From Magnetococcales bacterium (GTDB lineage Bacteria; Pseudomonadota; Magnetococcia; Magnetococcales; UBA8363), in the NCBI GenBank assembly GCA_015228975.1, contig JADGCN010000001.1:10315-74314 (forward strand): DNA of 64,000 nucleotides, given 5' to 3'. Below are positions 12,298 through 22,977 of this stretch, piece after piece. Within the stretch, counting starts at the first letter, position 1. Every line of letters begins with the position of its first letter. The notes below the pieces were generated by a model. The model saw nothing but the letters and a program-made list of their open reading frames with translations. It made no database searches and had not been told where the DNA came from. Position numbers and translations under genes: made by a program.

Positions 12298-14652
12298 ATG
12301 ACACATCACAACCAAGATTCGGGTATCGTCGTTCATCCACACTATTTCATCGATCAGGTTGTCAACGGCTATTGCCGGGATCCGTTTGCATTCTTGGGTA
12401 TGCATACCCTTGAGGATGGAACCCTGGTGGTGCGTACCTTTCTCCCGGGTGCCCTGTACGTGGAGTTGGTCGATCGGGATACGGGCAAGAACATGGGCAG
12501 GATGGAGCCGATTCACGATTGGGGGTTGTATGGCATCCATCTGCGGCATCAAACCGAGCGGTTCAACCATCGTTTCACCGTTGATTTCGGAGCCGGTCCC
12601 GTACTTCTCGAAGATCCCTATCGGTTGCCACCCCAGTTGGGGGAAATGGATGTCTATTTGTTCTCCGAAGGGCGCCATTGGCGTCTTTATGAGCACATGG
12701 GCGCCCACCTGAAGAACGTCGATGGGGTGGAGGGAACCTTCTTCGCGGTATGGGCCCCGAATGCCCAGCGTGTCAGTGTCATCGGTAACTTCAACAATTG
12801 GGACGGACGCCGCCATCCCATGCGCTTGCGGCAGGAGTGCGGTGTGTGGGAATTGTTCATCCCTCACATTCGTTCCGGCGACCTGTACAAGTTTGAGGTC
12901 AAGGGGCCGCACGGTGACTTGCAGCCCGACAAGGCCGATCCCTTCGCCTTTGCCGGGGAATTGCCACCGGGCAACGCCTCCATCGTTCAGGCGCCCAGCA
13001 TCTACGAATGGGGCGACGGCGCCTGGATGGAAGCGCGAAAGAACCATAACTATTACAACAATCCCATGAGTATCTACGAACTCCATCTGGGGTCGTGGCG
13101 CCGCAAGCCGGAAGAGGGTAACCGCAGCCTTTCCTATCGTGAAATCGCGGATGAGCTGGTCCCCTATATCCAGGATCTCGGTTTCACCCATGTGGAATTT
13201 TTACCATTGTCGGAGTTCCCGTTCGAGGGTTCCTGGGGCTATCAACCAACGGGTCTGTACGCCCCCACCTGCCGCTACGGTCAGCCCGATGATTTGCGCT
13301 ACCTGGTGGATCGCCTGCATCAGGCGGGCATTGGCGTCATCATGGATTGGGTTGTTGGCCATTTCCCCACCGATGGCCATGGTTTGGGACGATTTGATGG
13401 TACGGCCCTCTACGAACACGAAGATCCCCGTCGCGGATTCCATCCCGATTGGAATACCCTGGTGTACAACTTTGGCCGCAAAGAGGTCAGTAACTTCTTG
13501 ATAGCCAATGCCCTGTACTGGATCGAACAGTTCCATCTCGATGCCCTGCGGGTCGATGCCGTGGCCTCCATGCTTTACCACGACTATGCGCGGCAAAATG
13601 GCGAATGGATTCCCAACCAATATGGCGGCAAGGAAAATTTGGAGGCGATTGATTTCATTCGCACCCTCAATACCAAGGTTTACGAAGAGGGTCAGGGGGC
13701 GATCACCATCGCCGAAGAGTCCACGGCCTGGCCCCAGGTGTCGCGACCGATCGATTCGGGGGGGTTGGGGTTCGGATTCAAATGGAACATGGGGTGGATG
13801 AACGATACCCTGGAATACATGCACAAGGAGCCGATTCACCGTTCGCACCACCACAACCATTTAACGTTCGGCATGCTGTATTGCTTCCACGAAAATTTCA
13901 TATTGCCCCTGTCCCATGATGAAGTGGTCCATGGCAAAGGGTCGCTGTTGGATCAAATGACCGGGGATGCATGGCAAAAATTTGCCAATTTGCGCTGTTA
14001 CTACACCTTCATGTTCGCCTATCCGGGCAAGAAACTGTTGTTCATGGGGGATGAATTCGCCCAGGGACAGCAATGGAACCATTTGGTGAGTCTGGATTGG
14101 CATCTCCTGGAAAGGGTACCGTTCCATCAGGGCGTGTTCCGTGTGATCCAGGATCTCAATCGCCTGTACCGCGGGTTGTTGTCCATGCATGACCTGGATC
14201 ATGAACCGGCTGGTTTCGAGTGGATCGAATGCAATGATCACCATCAAAGCATTCTGGCCTGGATCCGACGCGGACGCACGTCAGGGGATATTGTGATCGT
14301 CTGCAATTTCACCCCGGTGGTCCGGGGGAATTTCCACATCGGTGTCGCCAAGCCAGGGGTCTACACCGAAATCTTTAACAGCGATGCGGAAAAATATTCG
14401 GGATCCAATGTGGGTAACGGCGGTCAGGTGCAGACCGTGGAAGTCCCGGCCCATGGGCGGCAGCACTCGTTGGCGTTGACGCTGCCACCGCTGGCGGGAT
14501 TGATCTTGATCCATCAGCGCACGGGTGAGGATGATCGGGATTATGCGGACGGTTCTTCCGGGCAAGGTGTCCAGGACAGTGTTTCCCAATCCCATGCCCG
14601 GTTTCAGCACGGTGCCGGGAAATCTGAACAAGGGTACCCACCGGGACGGTGA
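12298..14652 (+). CDS. glgB: 1,4-alpha-glucan branching enzyme (GH13)
   Basis: FAVWAPNA, IYELHLGSW, SWGYQ, RVDAVASM, AEEST and LSHDEVVHGK motifs. Confidence 0.97.
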   Translation: MTHHNQDSGIVVHPHYFIDQVVNGYCRDPFAFLGMHTLEDGTLVVRTFLPGALYVELVDRDTGKNMGRMEPIHDWGLYGIHLRHQTERFNHRFTVDFGAGPVLLEDPYRLPPQLGEMDVYLFSEGRHWRLYEHMGAHLKNVDGVEGTFFAVWAPNAQRVSVIGNFNNWDGRRHPMRLRQECGVWELFIPHIRSGDLYKFEVKGPHGDLQPDKADPFAFAGELPPGNASIVQAPSIYEWGDGAWMEARKNHNYYNNPMSIYELHLGSWRRKPEEGNRSLSYREIADELVPYIQDLGFTHVEFLPLSEFPFEGSWGYQPTGLYAPTCRYGQPDDLRYLVDRLHQAGIGVIMDWVVGHFPTDGHGLGRFDGTALYEHEDPRRGFHPDWNTLVYNFGRKEVSNFLIANALYWIEQFHLDALRVDAVASMLYHDYARQNGEWIPNQYGGKENLEAIDFIRTLNTKVYEEGQGAITIAEESTAWPQVSRPIDSGGLGFGFKWNMGWMNDTLEYMHKEPIHRSHHHNHLTFGMLYCFHENFILPLSHDEVVHGKGSLLDQMTGDAWQKFANLRCYYTFMFAYPGKKLLFMGDEFAQGQQWNHLVSLDWHLLERVPFHQGVFRVIQDLNRLYRGLLSMHDLDHEPAGFEWIECNDHHQSILAWIRRGRTSGDIVIVCNFTPVVRGNFHIGVAKPGVYTEIFNSDAEKYSGSNVGNGGQVQTVEVPAHGRQHSLALTLPPLAGLILIHQRTGEDDRDYADGSSGQGVQDSVSQSHARFQHGAGKSEQGYPPGR

Positions 14653-14749
14653 GGCCGCTATTGTCGTTGGTCAGTGATTTCATATCGCCGGGATCGTGTA
14701 CTCTCGATTCGAGAGTTGGACCGGCCATAAGTCTTGGAGGATTCGGTCC

Positions 14750-16228
14750 ATGTATGTTGTAACGATTTCTTCTGAACTGGCTCCCGCTGCCAAAGTGGGT
14801 GGCCTTGCCGATATGGTGTACGGGTTGTGCCGTGAAATCAGTATTCGCGGCCATACGGTCGAGGTCATCCTGCCCAAATATGATTGCATGCGTTATGACC
14901 ATGTTTGGGGATTGGCGGTCTGTTATGATGACCTGTGGGTTCCCTGGTGGGGCGGGGCGATCCACTGTACGGTCTGGTCGGGCCATGTCCATGGTCAGTT
15001 GTGTTTCTTCATCGATCCCCACTCCAATGATCATTTCTTCGATCGGGGATCCTTCTACGGCTTCTACGACGAGGCGACACGGTACGCTTTCTTTACCCGT
15101 GCCGCCCTGGAGTTCATGTACAAGTCAGGCAAACGCCCGGATATCATTCATTCCCATGATTGGCAGACGGGACTGGCCGCCGCCGTTCTCTATGAAATCT
15201 ATGGCCCGCTGGGAATGAATACCACACGGGTGATCCACACCATTCACAATTTCAAACATCAAGGCCATGCCGGGGTCGAAGTGTTGCACGCCATCGGCCT
15301 CCATCGCCCGGAATACTACTTCTCCACCGAACGGATGGGGGATGATCACAATCCGTTTGCCATCAATTTCACCAAAGCGGCCATCGTCTATGCCAACTTC
15401 GTGACCACGGTTTCCCGCAAGCATGCCTGGGAGGCCATGTATACCGACCAGGGGTATGGCATGGGCCATACGTTGCACCGCTTCAGTTCCAAGTTTGGCG
15501 GCGTGCTGAATGGCTTGGATTACGAAATGTGGAATCCCGAATGGGATCCCCATATCCCGCATCACTATTCGGTGCGCGACCTGGATGACCTGGAAGGCAA
15601 AGCGGCCAACAAGTCGGCTTTGCGCCATCGCCTGCTGCTGGAACAGTGTGATCGGCCCATCGTCGCCTATGTCGGGCGTTTGGACACGCAAAAAGGTGTC
15701 CATCTGATCCGTCACGCCCTGTTCACCGCCATTCACAATCATGCCCAGTTCGTATTGCTGGGAACCAGCCCGGAATATGGTATCAACGATTATTTCTGGC
15801 ACCTGAAACATTATCTGAACGACAATCCCCATTGCCATCTCGAAATCGGCTTCAATGAAGAATTGTCGCGTTTGATTTATGCCGGCTCGGACATGTTCGT
15901 GGTCCCCAGTTTGTTTGAACCGTGTGGATTGACGCAATTGATCGCCATGCGCTACGGCACGGTTCCCATTGTTCGGGCGGTTGGTGGCTTGGTGGATACC
16001 GTCTTTGATTGGGATTATTCCCCGGTGCCGATGGAGGAACGGAACGGTTTCTCCTTCGAATCAGCCGATTATGGCGGCTTCGAAACGGCCATGTTCCGCG
16101 CCTTGGGGTTGTACCGCAACTGGGAGTATTGGAAAAAAATTCGCGGCAATTGTATGCGTAAGGATTATTCATGGAATCATCCGGGATTGGACTACCTCAA
16201 CATTTACGAATTCATCCGGCATAAATAA
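14750..16228 (+). CDS. glgA: Glycogen synthase (GT5)
   Basis: KVGGLADM ADP-glucose motif, HSHDWQTG, RLDTQKG, PSLFEPCGLTQL; ATG at 14750 follows GGAGG. Confidence 0.95.
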   Translation: MYVVTISSELAPAAKVGGLADMVYGLCREISIRGHTVEVILPKYDCMRYDHVWGLAVCYDDLWVPWWGGAIHCTVWSGHVHGQLCFFIDPHSNDHFFDRGSFYGFYDEATRYAFFTRAALEFMYKSGKRPDIIHSHDWQTGLAAAVLYEIYGPLGMNTTRVIHTIHNFKHQGHAGVEVLHAIGLHRPEYYFSTERMGDDHNPFAINFTKAAIVYANFVTTVSRKHAWEAMYTDQGYGMGHTLHRFSSKFGGVLNGLDYEMWNPEWDPHIPHHYSVRDLDDLEGKAANKSALRHRLLLEQCDRPIVAYVGRLDTQKGVHLIRHALFTAIHNHAQFVLLGTSPEYGINDYFWHLKHYLNDNPHCHLEIGFNEELSRLIYAGSDMFVVPSLFEPCGLTQLIAMRYGTVPIVRAVGGLVDTVFDWDYSPVPMEERNGFSFESADYGGFETAMFRALGLYRNWEYWKKIRGNCMRKDYSWNHPGLDYLNIYEFIRHK

Positions 16229-16289
16229 ACAAGGGCAACGTGCCATTCGGTATGCCGGCAATGTTTGAAAGGCGAAAAGGAGCCTGAAC

Positions 16290-17753
16290 ATGATTGAACT
16301 GCCCGAGTATACCGGTGGTTTGCCCAATATTTCCGGGTCTGGCAAACTCTTGCAAGATTATCTCGCCGGTTCCAAAGACCAGCCGGTCTTCCTGGCCGAC
16401 AGCGATGTGCGCTTCGCCGAGGTGCAAAGCGCTTTCGCCGTTGCCTTGCATATGCACCAGCCATTGATCCCCGCAGGCGGGGCCTCCCTGGAAACCGCGG
16501 AAATCATCAGTAATCTGAAACATATGATGGATCATCCCGGCATTGGCGACAATCATAACGCCACGGTGTTCCTGGATTGTTACCGGCGCATGGGACGTAT
16601 ATTGAAACAATTGATTCACGAAGGTCTGTCACCGCGTGTGATGCTGGACTATTCGGGGACGTTGTTTCATGGTTTGCGGCACATGGGGGCGGATGATGCC
16701 ATGGCCGACCTGAAGGAAATCACCCAACATCCCGATTATCGGCGCAGCGTCGAATGGCTGGGTATCGGCTGGGGACATCCGGTGGCCCCATCGACCCCCG
16801 TGCAGGATTTTCGTTTGCATGTCGAGGCGTGGCGCCATCATTTCGCCGCCATCTTCGGTTTGGACGCCTTGAGTCGGGTCCGTGGTTTCTCCCCATCGGA
16901 AATGGCGCTCCCCAATCACCCCGATGTCGCCTGGAATTTTGTCAAAACCTTGAAGGATAACGGCTATCAGTGGGTGTTGGTGCAGGAACACACCGTGGAA
17001 CAACCGGACAATGGGCATCATTCCAGGGATCCCCATATCCCGCATCGATTGGTGTGTACCCATTCCAACGGCCAGACCGAGAGCATCATCGCCATCATCA
17101 AAACACAAGGCTCGGATACCAAATTGGTGGGGCAGATGCAGCCCTACTACGAGGCGAAAAGTTTGAATCGCCGCTCCTTGGCCGGACGGATGATCCCCCC
17201 ATTGGTCACACAAATCGCCGATGGGGAAAATGGTGGGGTGATGATGAATGAATTCCCCCCGAAATACAGGGATGTGGTGCGGGAGTGTTCCGGCAGTCGG
17301 CATCCGGCCATGAATGTGACCGAATATCTGGAACATCTGTTCGCCTCCGGGGTGAAAGAATCCGATCTGCCCGTGGTGCAACCGGTGTTGCAGCGGCGTA
17401 TTTGGGAGCGCATGCAGCCGGGGGATGGGCCGGAAACCTTGGCCCGGGTGATCGCCAACCTGAAAAAAGAGGACCAGCGTTTCCACATGGATGGGGGATC
17501 CTGGACCCAATCCATTTCCTGGGTCAACGGCTATGAAAATGTCCTGGGGCCTATGGAAGAGTCAAGCGTGTTGTTTCATCGCAAAATACCGAACCCGGAA
17601 GCGGTGGCGGGTGACTATCGCTATAAAAACGCCTTGTTCCATTTGCTGGCTTCGCAGACCAGTTGCTATCGCTATTGGGGGGAGGGGGAGTGGACCAATT
17701 TTGGTCGGGAAATCTGCCGTCGGACCAAGGCGATCTTACAGTACGATTTTTGA
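16290..17753 (+). CDS. Glycoside hydrolase family 57 protein
   Basis: HMHQP (GH57 conserved region I), GFSPSEM (nucleophile Glu), DGENGG (acid/base Asp) and QTSCYRYWG; follows glgA. Confidence 0.88.
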   Translation: MIELPEYTGGLPNISGSGKLLQDYLAGSKDQPVFLADSDVRFAEVQSAFAVALHMHQPLIPAGGASLETAEIISNLKHMMDHPGIGDNHNATVFLDCYRRMGRILKQLIHEGLSPRVMLDYSGTLFHGLRHMGADDAMADLKEITQHPDYRRSVEWLGIGWGHPVAPSTPVQDFRLHVEAWRHHFAAIFGLDALSRVRGFSPSEMALPNHPDVAWNFVKTLKDNGYQWVLVQEHTVEQPDNGHHSRDPHIPHRLVCTHSNGQTESIIAIIKTQGSDTKLVGQMQPYYEAKSLNRRSLAGRMIPPLVTQIADGENGGVMMNEFPPKYRDVVRECSGSRHPAMNVTEYLEHLFASGVKESDLPVVQPVLQRRIWERMQPGDGPETLARVIANLKKEDQRFHMDGGSWTQSISWVNGYENVLGPMEESSVLFHRKIPNPEAVAGDYRYKNALFHLLASQTSCYRYWGEGEWTNFGREICRRTKAILQYDF

Positions 17754-18183
17754 TTCGGGGTGATTGTTTCAGGCGGTTTGACGGGTTCCGGTGTCCTCGT
17801 GACACTGTAACCCGCCATCGTCAGCATGCATTTTGCATTCCATCCATAGCACTCGTCTGACAATCGTTAAACGTCATATTCCCGACGCCTGGAGCCCGAC
17901 CATGATCGCCTTGCAAATCATTATCAAAAAAGACAGCTACGCCATCGCCCGTGCCCATGATGAGCAGGAATTGGTCTCCGATATTCAGCGCATGGAGGAT
18001 GCCCTGAACATTTTTCGCGAGCTGACCATGCCTGAACATCACGCAGCTCCCGTGGATGGGGATGGATTCCCGTGGCAGGTCATGCCGGGTAAATTGAGTT
18101 GTCATTGACACGATTTGGAATCGGTCTTTTGTATGGTCATGATTTTTTGGTTAGGAAGACGCATTTCCATAATAGGATAGCCT

Positions 18184-19305
18184 TTGAAAACCCATGCGAG
18201 AAAAGCAATAAGCCTCTTCTCGGGTGCCGGTGGAATGGACGTTGGCATTCGAGAAGCAAGTTTTAGCATTCTGGCCGAAATCGAATTTGATGAACACTGT
18301 TGCGCAACTCTCAAGGCAAATGCAGCACGGCAACATACTGGAACCCGTGTATTTCATGAAGATATCCGAAATGTCGTGCCTTCGGAACTACTTAAAGATC
18401 TTGAACTTGAAAAGGGTGAACTTGACCTCCTTTTCGGTGGGCCGCCATGCCAATCATTTTCCCTTGCGGGAAAACAGCTTGGCTTGATGGACGAGCGCGG
18501 ACCCTTGCTTTTTGAGATCATCCGATTTGCCAAGATGATAAGGCCAAAAGTGATTTTGCTTGAGCAGGTAAAGGGCTTACTTTCATCAAAGGGAAGTGAG
18601 GCACGACGGGGTGAGGTGTTCGAGAAATTTCTGAGAGAACTTGAGGAAATCAGCTATACTCCAAAGTGGCGTGTTATACTAGCGGCAGACTATGGTGTCC
18701 CACAACTCAGAGAACGACTTTTTGTCATTGCGACTCGTGAACGGAATGGTTTTCTGTTTCCAGATAGAACTCACGCGCCAGTTGAGGAATGTAAAGGACT
18801 TTTCCCCTATGAACCTTATGTTGGGATAGGCGAGGTTATCTCGGGATTAGGAAATCCTGACCCAAAAATCCGTGGGAAAACAGTCTATGAAAGAACTGAT
18901 AGCCATGTGGATGTAACTCCAGAAAGAGACCGGGAACGGATCGCAAAAGTACCAGAAGGATCATATCTTGCAGCACAAACGCATCTTGGTGAAAAACTTA
19001 TCCGTGGTTTATCCTCAAAGGACACTACAAAATACTTGCGACTTCATCGAGAACGACCATCAAATACACTTCGGTGTGGTGAAATTTTCTATCACCCTAC
19101 AGAAGATAGATATTTGACGCCACGTGAATATATGAGAATTCATGGATACCCAGACGATTACATTCTCAAAGGCCCCATAAGGTCAAGAACTGGTTCAGTT
19201 CGTAATCTTGATCAGCACCGCCAAGTCGCAAATTCTGTCCCACCGCTTCTGGCAAAAATTATTGGGCTGCAGATAAAAAGGTTTTTGGATGAGCAAAATA
19301 TTTGA
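18184..19305 (+). CDS. DNA (cytosine-5) methyltransferase of a type II R-M system
   Basis: Motif I FSGAGG, motif IV GGPPCQSFS, motif VI as EQV (normally ENV), motif VIII YGVPQLRER, motifs IX/X (RYLTPREYMRIHGYPD, QVANSVPP); TTG start; AT-richer than flanking DNA. Confidence 0.95.
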   Translation: MKTHARKAISLFSGAGGMDVGIREASFSILAEIEFDEHCCATLKANAARQHTGTRVFHEDIRNVVPSELLKDLELEKGELDLLFGGPPCQSFSLAGKQLGLMDERGPLLFEIIRFAKMIRPKVILLEQVKGLLSSKGSEARRGEVFEKFLRELEEISYTPKWRVILAADYGVPQLRERLFVIATRERNGFLFPDRTHAPVEECKGLFPYEPYVGIGEVISGLGNPDPKIRGKTVYERTDSHVDVTPERDRERIAKVPEGSYLAAQTHLGEKLIRGLSSKDTTKYLRLHRERPSNTLRCGEIFYHPTEDRYLTPREYMRIHGYPDDYILKGPIRSRTGSVRNLDQHRQVANSVPPLLAKIIGLQIKRFLDEQNI

Positions 19306-20398
19306 ACTCTATGGATTCCGGCTGGATTGTTGGAATGATGAGGCTGCCAAAAATAGAGCGAAAGCGTGGTGCCCTTTTATGGATTCGGAATGTGATGGTG
19401 GTGGCAACCGCTATCTATCTGCAATTGATTTGAAGAGCAGCAACCACCTTCGCCGATATTTTCCGGGCAAAGACATCGTTCAATCCGGTGTTTGCTCTCT
19501 TCGTCTTCGAGAGGGAGAGCAGCCTTGGATTGTATGTCCTCGTCGCCTCCTGTCACTGAAAACGCAAATGCCATCGGATTACCAATCCCATGTAAAAGCC
19601 GAGTTGGCTCAGCGCTCTGAACTTGAACCGAGGAAAGCATACCGCGCTTGGTCCGAAGTCAAAATGAAAATCGAGACTACGAATAATGACGATGAAACAA
19701 AGTCTTTTGATTATACTTTCGATTACATCATAGCGGGGACAGTGCGAAAAAAAGTCTCGGAAATTGTGTCGTTAGTCGGAAATAGCGAGCGAGTTACACT
19801 AAGAATTGCAGAAGAAAATGGCTACACAATAGCTATGAGGGATGGAGAACGTTGGATTGACGATTTTCCTGCGGAGCCGATCATAATTGTCGAGATCATG
19901 ACCTCCAGCACGTCTGGAGGGGATAAGAAAAAGAGAACACAAATTGCAATGGCGTGCGAAGATGCAATCATTGACCCGGCAAATCATAATGGTCCAAGTA
20001 TTAACTATCGGCAAGTGTGGGCCAGAATGGTAAGTCAGCTTATCGTAAAATCGCAAGTAGGACTGGCATGGGGCGGCAGGACATTCTGGCTTCTTCAAGA
20101 TGTGCTTGCGAATTACATCTCAAGCACAACTGCACTCGACCTATCCCGATATATTGCTAAATATCCGAATGAAGTTAATATACTTGCCTTTGGTTATGAC
20201 GATGTGGATGGAGCGGATGCGAAACCGATTATGGAACTCGAAGATTCAACATTTTATTCCGGGCCAATCACCGAAAACGCTGGAGATTCTCAAGCGAAGG
20301 GCTTCGTTGAGATAGTCAAGATCGGCGCTCCTCCCAACAAGGAACACCTCTGGCGTTCCTTATTCAAGAAGGCCCCATCTGGAATTCTACGGTTGTAA
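19289..20398 (+). CDS. Putative NotI-family restriction endonuclease
   Basis: Overlaps the methyltransferase by 17 bp. N-terminal four-Cys pattern (CPFMDSEC...GVCS...IVCPRR) resembles the NotI metal-binding domain; FDYII...IVEIM is a candidate PD-(D/E)xK-like core. Confidence 0.75.
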   Translation: MSKIFELYGFRLDCWNDEAAKNRAKAWCPFMDSECDGGGNRYLSAIDLKSSNHLRRYFPGKDIVQSGVCSLRLREGEQPWIVCPRRLLSLKTQMPSDYQSHVKAELAQRSELEPRKAYRAWSEVKMKIETTNNDDETKSFDYTFDYIIAGTVRKKVSEIVSLVGNSERVTLRIAEENGYTIAMRDGERWIDDFPAEPIIIVEIMTSSTSGGDKKKRTQIAMACEDAIIDPANHNGPSINYRQVWARMVSQLIVKSQVGLAWGGRTFWLLQDVLANYISSTTALDLSRYIAKYPNEVNILAFGYDDVDGADAKPIMELEDSTFYSGPITENAGDSQAKGFVEIVKIGAPPNKEHLWRSLFKKAPSGILRL

Positions 20399-20571
20399 AT
20401 ATGGGAAATTAGGCTGTGTTGAGAACAGGGCGGTCGGAGTCGTTTAGGGAAACTCAATGTTTCCAATGTTTAGCCTGAGACATCCAGTTACCAATGTACT
20501 AACATTCGCAACGATGTTTCAATATCCTTCCAAGTCGTGACATTAATCCCATCCCCTTCCCTTGTCCCCCA

Positions 20572-22977
20572 TCACCCACCCCGGTCCGGCGGTTGAAACC
20601 ACACTGCGTTGCCATCGGTTTCCCAGACCACCGTACCCTGTTGGTCGGTACGCCACACGGTTGCCCCCGATTGTTGCCAGCGGGTCAACACGTCAGGATG
20701 GGGCAAATGGTTCCTGCCATGGGCATTGCTGCTGAAGACAATATTTTGCGCACGCGTCTTGGCGATGAAATCCCTGGTACTGGATGACTTGCTGCCATGA
20801 TGGGGGGCGATGACCACCGAATACTCGCCAAAGGGATCATGCGCGATGAACCAGCGCTCCCCCTTGGCCTCCAGGTCACCGGGAAATAAAAAATGCTGGC
20901 GCCCCATGGCAACCATCACCACCAAGGATTGGTCATTGTCTTTGATCCTCCCGGTGGGGATGGGGAATTTCGCCCAAAAAGTCACGCCGTCCTCTCGCTG
21001 CATCTCCTGGTCAATCCTGTGAACGGTCACCCCCTTTCCCTCGGCCAGGTGGATCACATCGCGATATGTTTGGTTTGTCCGCTCCAGTTCGGGAAAGCTG
21101 CCCAGCCACAATTCCCGGACCGGGAAATTGCGCATCAACGCCGCCACCCCGGACATGTGGTCACTCTGGGGATGACTGATCACGATCCTTTCCAATTTTC
21201 GCACGTCATAGTGCCACAAATAGCTTGAAACCAAACTTTCACCCACATTGAACCTGGGGGAGGTGACGCCACCGGCATCGATGATCATCCAACGATTTTG
21301 CGGATCCCGCATGACCACCGCCTGGGCCTGCCCGACATCGAGACAAGCGACATGAAGTCTCCCGGGGGTCGGCCCCATTCGTGGCCAGAACAACGCCACA
21401 ATGCCCAGGCCCACCAACCATCGACGACTCCGCTTCCAAGGAATCACATAACTGGCGGCGAACAGGGCCACACTGCAGGAAATCCCCCAAAGCGCCGGCC
21501 CCGGAATCCGTTGCCAAGCGAAGGGCCAACTGGAAACGGTGGTCACCCAGGATGCATACACCTCCAAACTCCAGGACATGGCATCCAACAACCGGTCACC
21601 CCATCCCCCGGGCAACCAATGGAATATCATGGCGCCCACTCCCAAGGGGATACTCAAAAAACTGACCCATGGCACCGCGAATAAATTGCCAAAAAATCCA
21701 TAAGGGGTAACGCGATGAAAATGATAGGCAACGATTGGAGCGGTAGCCAGATTGATAAACAGTGTCAAAGCCATCGTTAACCATAACCGACGCCACAAGC
21801 TCCCAACCATGGGATACATTGAGAAAAAACCTATCAGTGCGGCAACCGCGGTGAACGTCAGATGAAAACCGGCGCCAAACAATTCCCGGGGCCAGAAAAA
21901 CAGCAACACGATGGCCGAGAGGATCAACGAATTAACACCGATGGTCTTGCGCCACAAAAACACCCCCAGCATGACCAGGCCGGTACTCAAGGCCGCCCGT
22001 TGGGTTGCTTCCGACCAACCGGCCAGTTCGCTGTAAACGAGCATGGGGACGAGGGATACCATCGCGGCCAACCGTTTGACGTCCCAACGCCTGGAAAGGG
22101 GCGTCCACAACACCAGGAACCCGCGGATCAGCATAAAACTCCACCCCGCCACCATCGCCAGTTGTTGGCCGGAAATAGCCAAGAGGTGGTACGTTCCGGA
22201 GACTTGCAAAGCGTCATTCAATTCGGGGCTGATCAATCCCCGTTTTCCCACCAGCAATCCTTCCGCCAATCCCTGCGTGGTTGGGGGAAGACGTCCCATG
22301 ACCCACTGGGAAATTTGGTAACGAATGCGATTCCACCATTCCCGAGAAGTCTGTTCGAGGATGTGAATTTCCCCGCCAACAGCACTTCCTGTTGCTGAGA
22401 ATCCATTATTTCTCAACCAGGTACCATAATCAAACGATCCGGGAACCCTGCTGCCGACAGGTCGTCGCAATGTGGCCGTCACTTCGATCCGATCCCCGGG
22501 TTGTACAGGGGGAATCCCTTCACTGCGGGCCTTGTTACCGTTCCAGCCATTGTGGATGGACAAACGTATTTTTCCGGGAATCACGCATCCCGCCATCAGG
22601 CATTCCACGTCATCCAGCTCAAGCAAGACGGAATCGGCCCGATCCGTCCGATCGGAAACCACCCCGCGCACGACACTTTTTTTGCCAACGATCTCTTCTG
22701 GCAACTCCTGTGGCTGCCCGGCGTTCAAGCCAAGGGCACAAAGGGCCGCCATCCCTCCCGCCACGCCGGGCCATACCGATTTTCCACATGAGAAACGCAC
22801 CCCTGTCACAAAGGCGAACAATGCCCACGCGGCAGCAACCGGGGGTACGGAAACCTCCCCGCGCACATGGAACATGGCCAGCAGTACCGCTACCATCCCC
22901 GCCAAAAAGGTGGCCGATCCCTGAGTCGCATTGCGTACCGCCTCGATTCTCCCTGCCCGTTGTACCGCAATCGACAT
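20572..22977 (-). CDS. comEC: DNA uptake protein ComEC/Rec2
   Basis: OB-like region (PGSFDY), competence domain (GTYHLLAISG), C-terminal metallo-beta-lactamase domain (LDVGQA, SHPQSDH, PHHGSKSS, WRTDQQG). Confidence 0.94.
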   Translation of the reverse strand: MSIAVQRAGRIEAVRNATQGSATFLAGMVAVLLAMFHVRGEVSVPPVAAAWALFAFVTGVRFSCGKSVWPGVAGGMAALCALGLNAGQPQELPEEIVGKKSVVRGVVSDRTDRADSVLLELDDVECLMAGCVIPGKIRLSIHNGWNGNKARSEGIPPVQPGDRIEVTATLRRPVGSRVPGSFDYGTWLRNNGFSATGSAVGGEIHILEQTSREWWNRIRYQISQWVMGRLPPTTQGLAEGLLVGKRGLISPELNDALQVSGTYHLLAISGQQLAMVAGWSFMLIRGFLVLWTPLSRRWDVKRLAAMVSLVPMLVYSELAGWSEATQRAALSTGLVMLGVFLWRKTIGVNSLILSAIVLLFFWPRELFGAGFHLTFTAVAALIGFFSMYPMVGSLWRRLWLTMALTLFINLATAPIVAYHFHRVTPYGFFGNLFAVPWVSFLSIPLGVGAMIFHWLPGGWGDRLLDAMSWSLEVYASWVTTVSSWPFAWQRIPGPALWGISCSVALFAASYVIPWKRSRRWLVGLGIVALFWPRMGPTPGRLHVACLDVGQAQAVVMRDPQNRWMIIDAGGVTSPRFNVGESLVSSYLWHYDVRKLERIVISHPQSDHMSGVAALMRNFPVRELWLGSFPELERTNQTYRDVIHLAEGKGVTVHRIDQEMQREDGVTFWAKFPIPTGRIKDNDQSLVVMVAMGRQHFLFPGDLEAKGERWFIAHDPFGEYSVVIAPHHGSKSSSTRDFIAKTRAQNIVFSSNAHGRNHLPHPDVLTRWQQSGATVWRTDQQGTVVWETDGNAVWFQPPDRGG

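Noticed and set aside
10420-13191. 923-aa minus-strand ORF
   Set aside because: Antisense shadow of lpdA and glgB with no recognisable motifs. It does stay open across the lpdA-glgB intergenic region, but long antisense frames are common in GC-rich coding DNA.
14515-14652. Roughly 45-aa C-terminal extension of GlgB as a possible fused or frameshifted gene
   Set aside because: Alternative frames give nothing recognisable; most likely a disordered tail.
17833-18108. 91-aa ORF just before the R-M cassette, considered as a controller protein or gene remnant
   Set aside because: No helix-turn-helix, no clear ribosome-binding site and no recognisable family; cannot be supported.
20454-20525. Recurring CAATGTTT-like words downstream of the nuclease gene
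   Set aside because: Short, degenerate and irregularly spaced in AT-rich DNA; consistent with chance.
18110-20570. Prophage or integrative element carrying the R-M genes
   Set aside because: No integrase, transposase, tRNA or flanking direct repeats were found.
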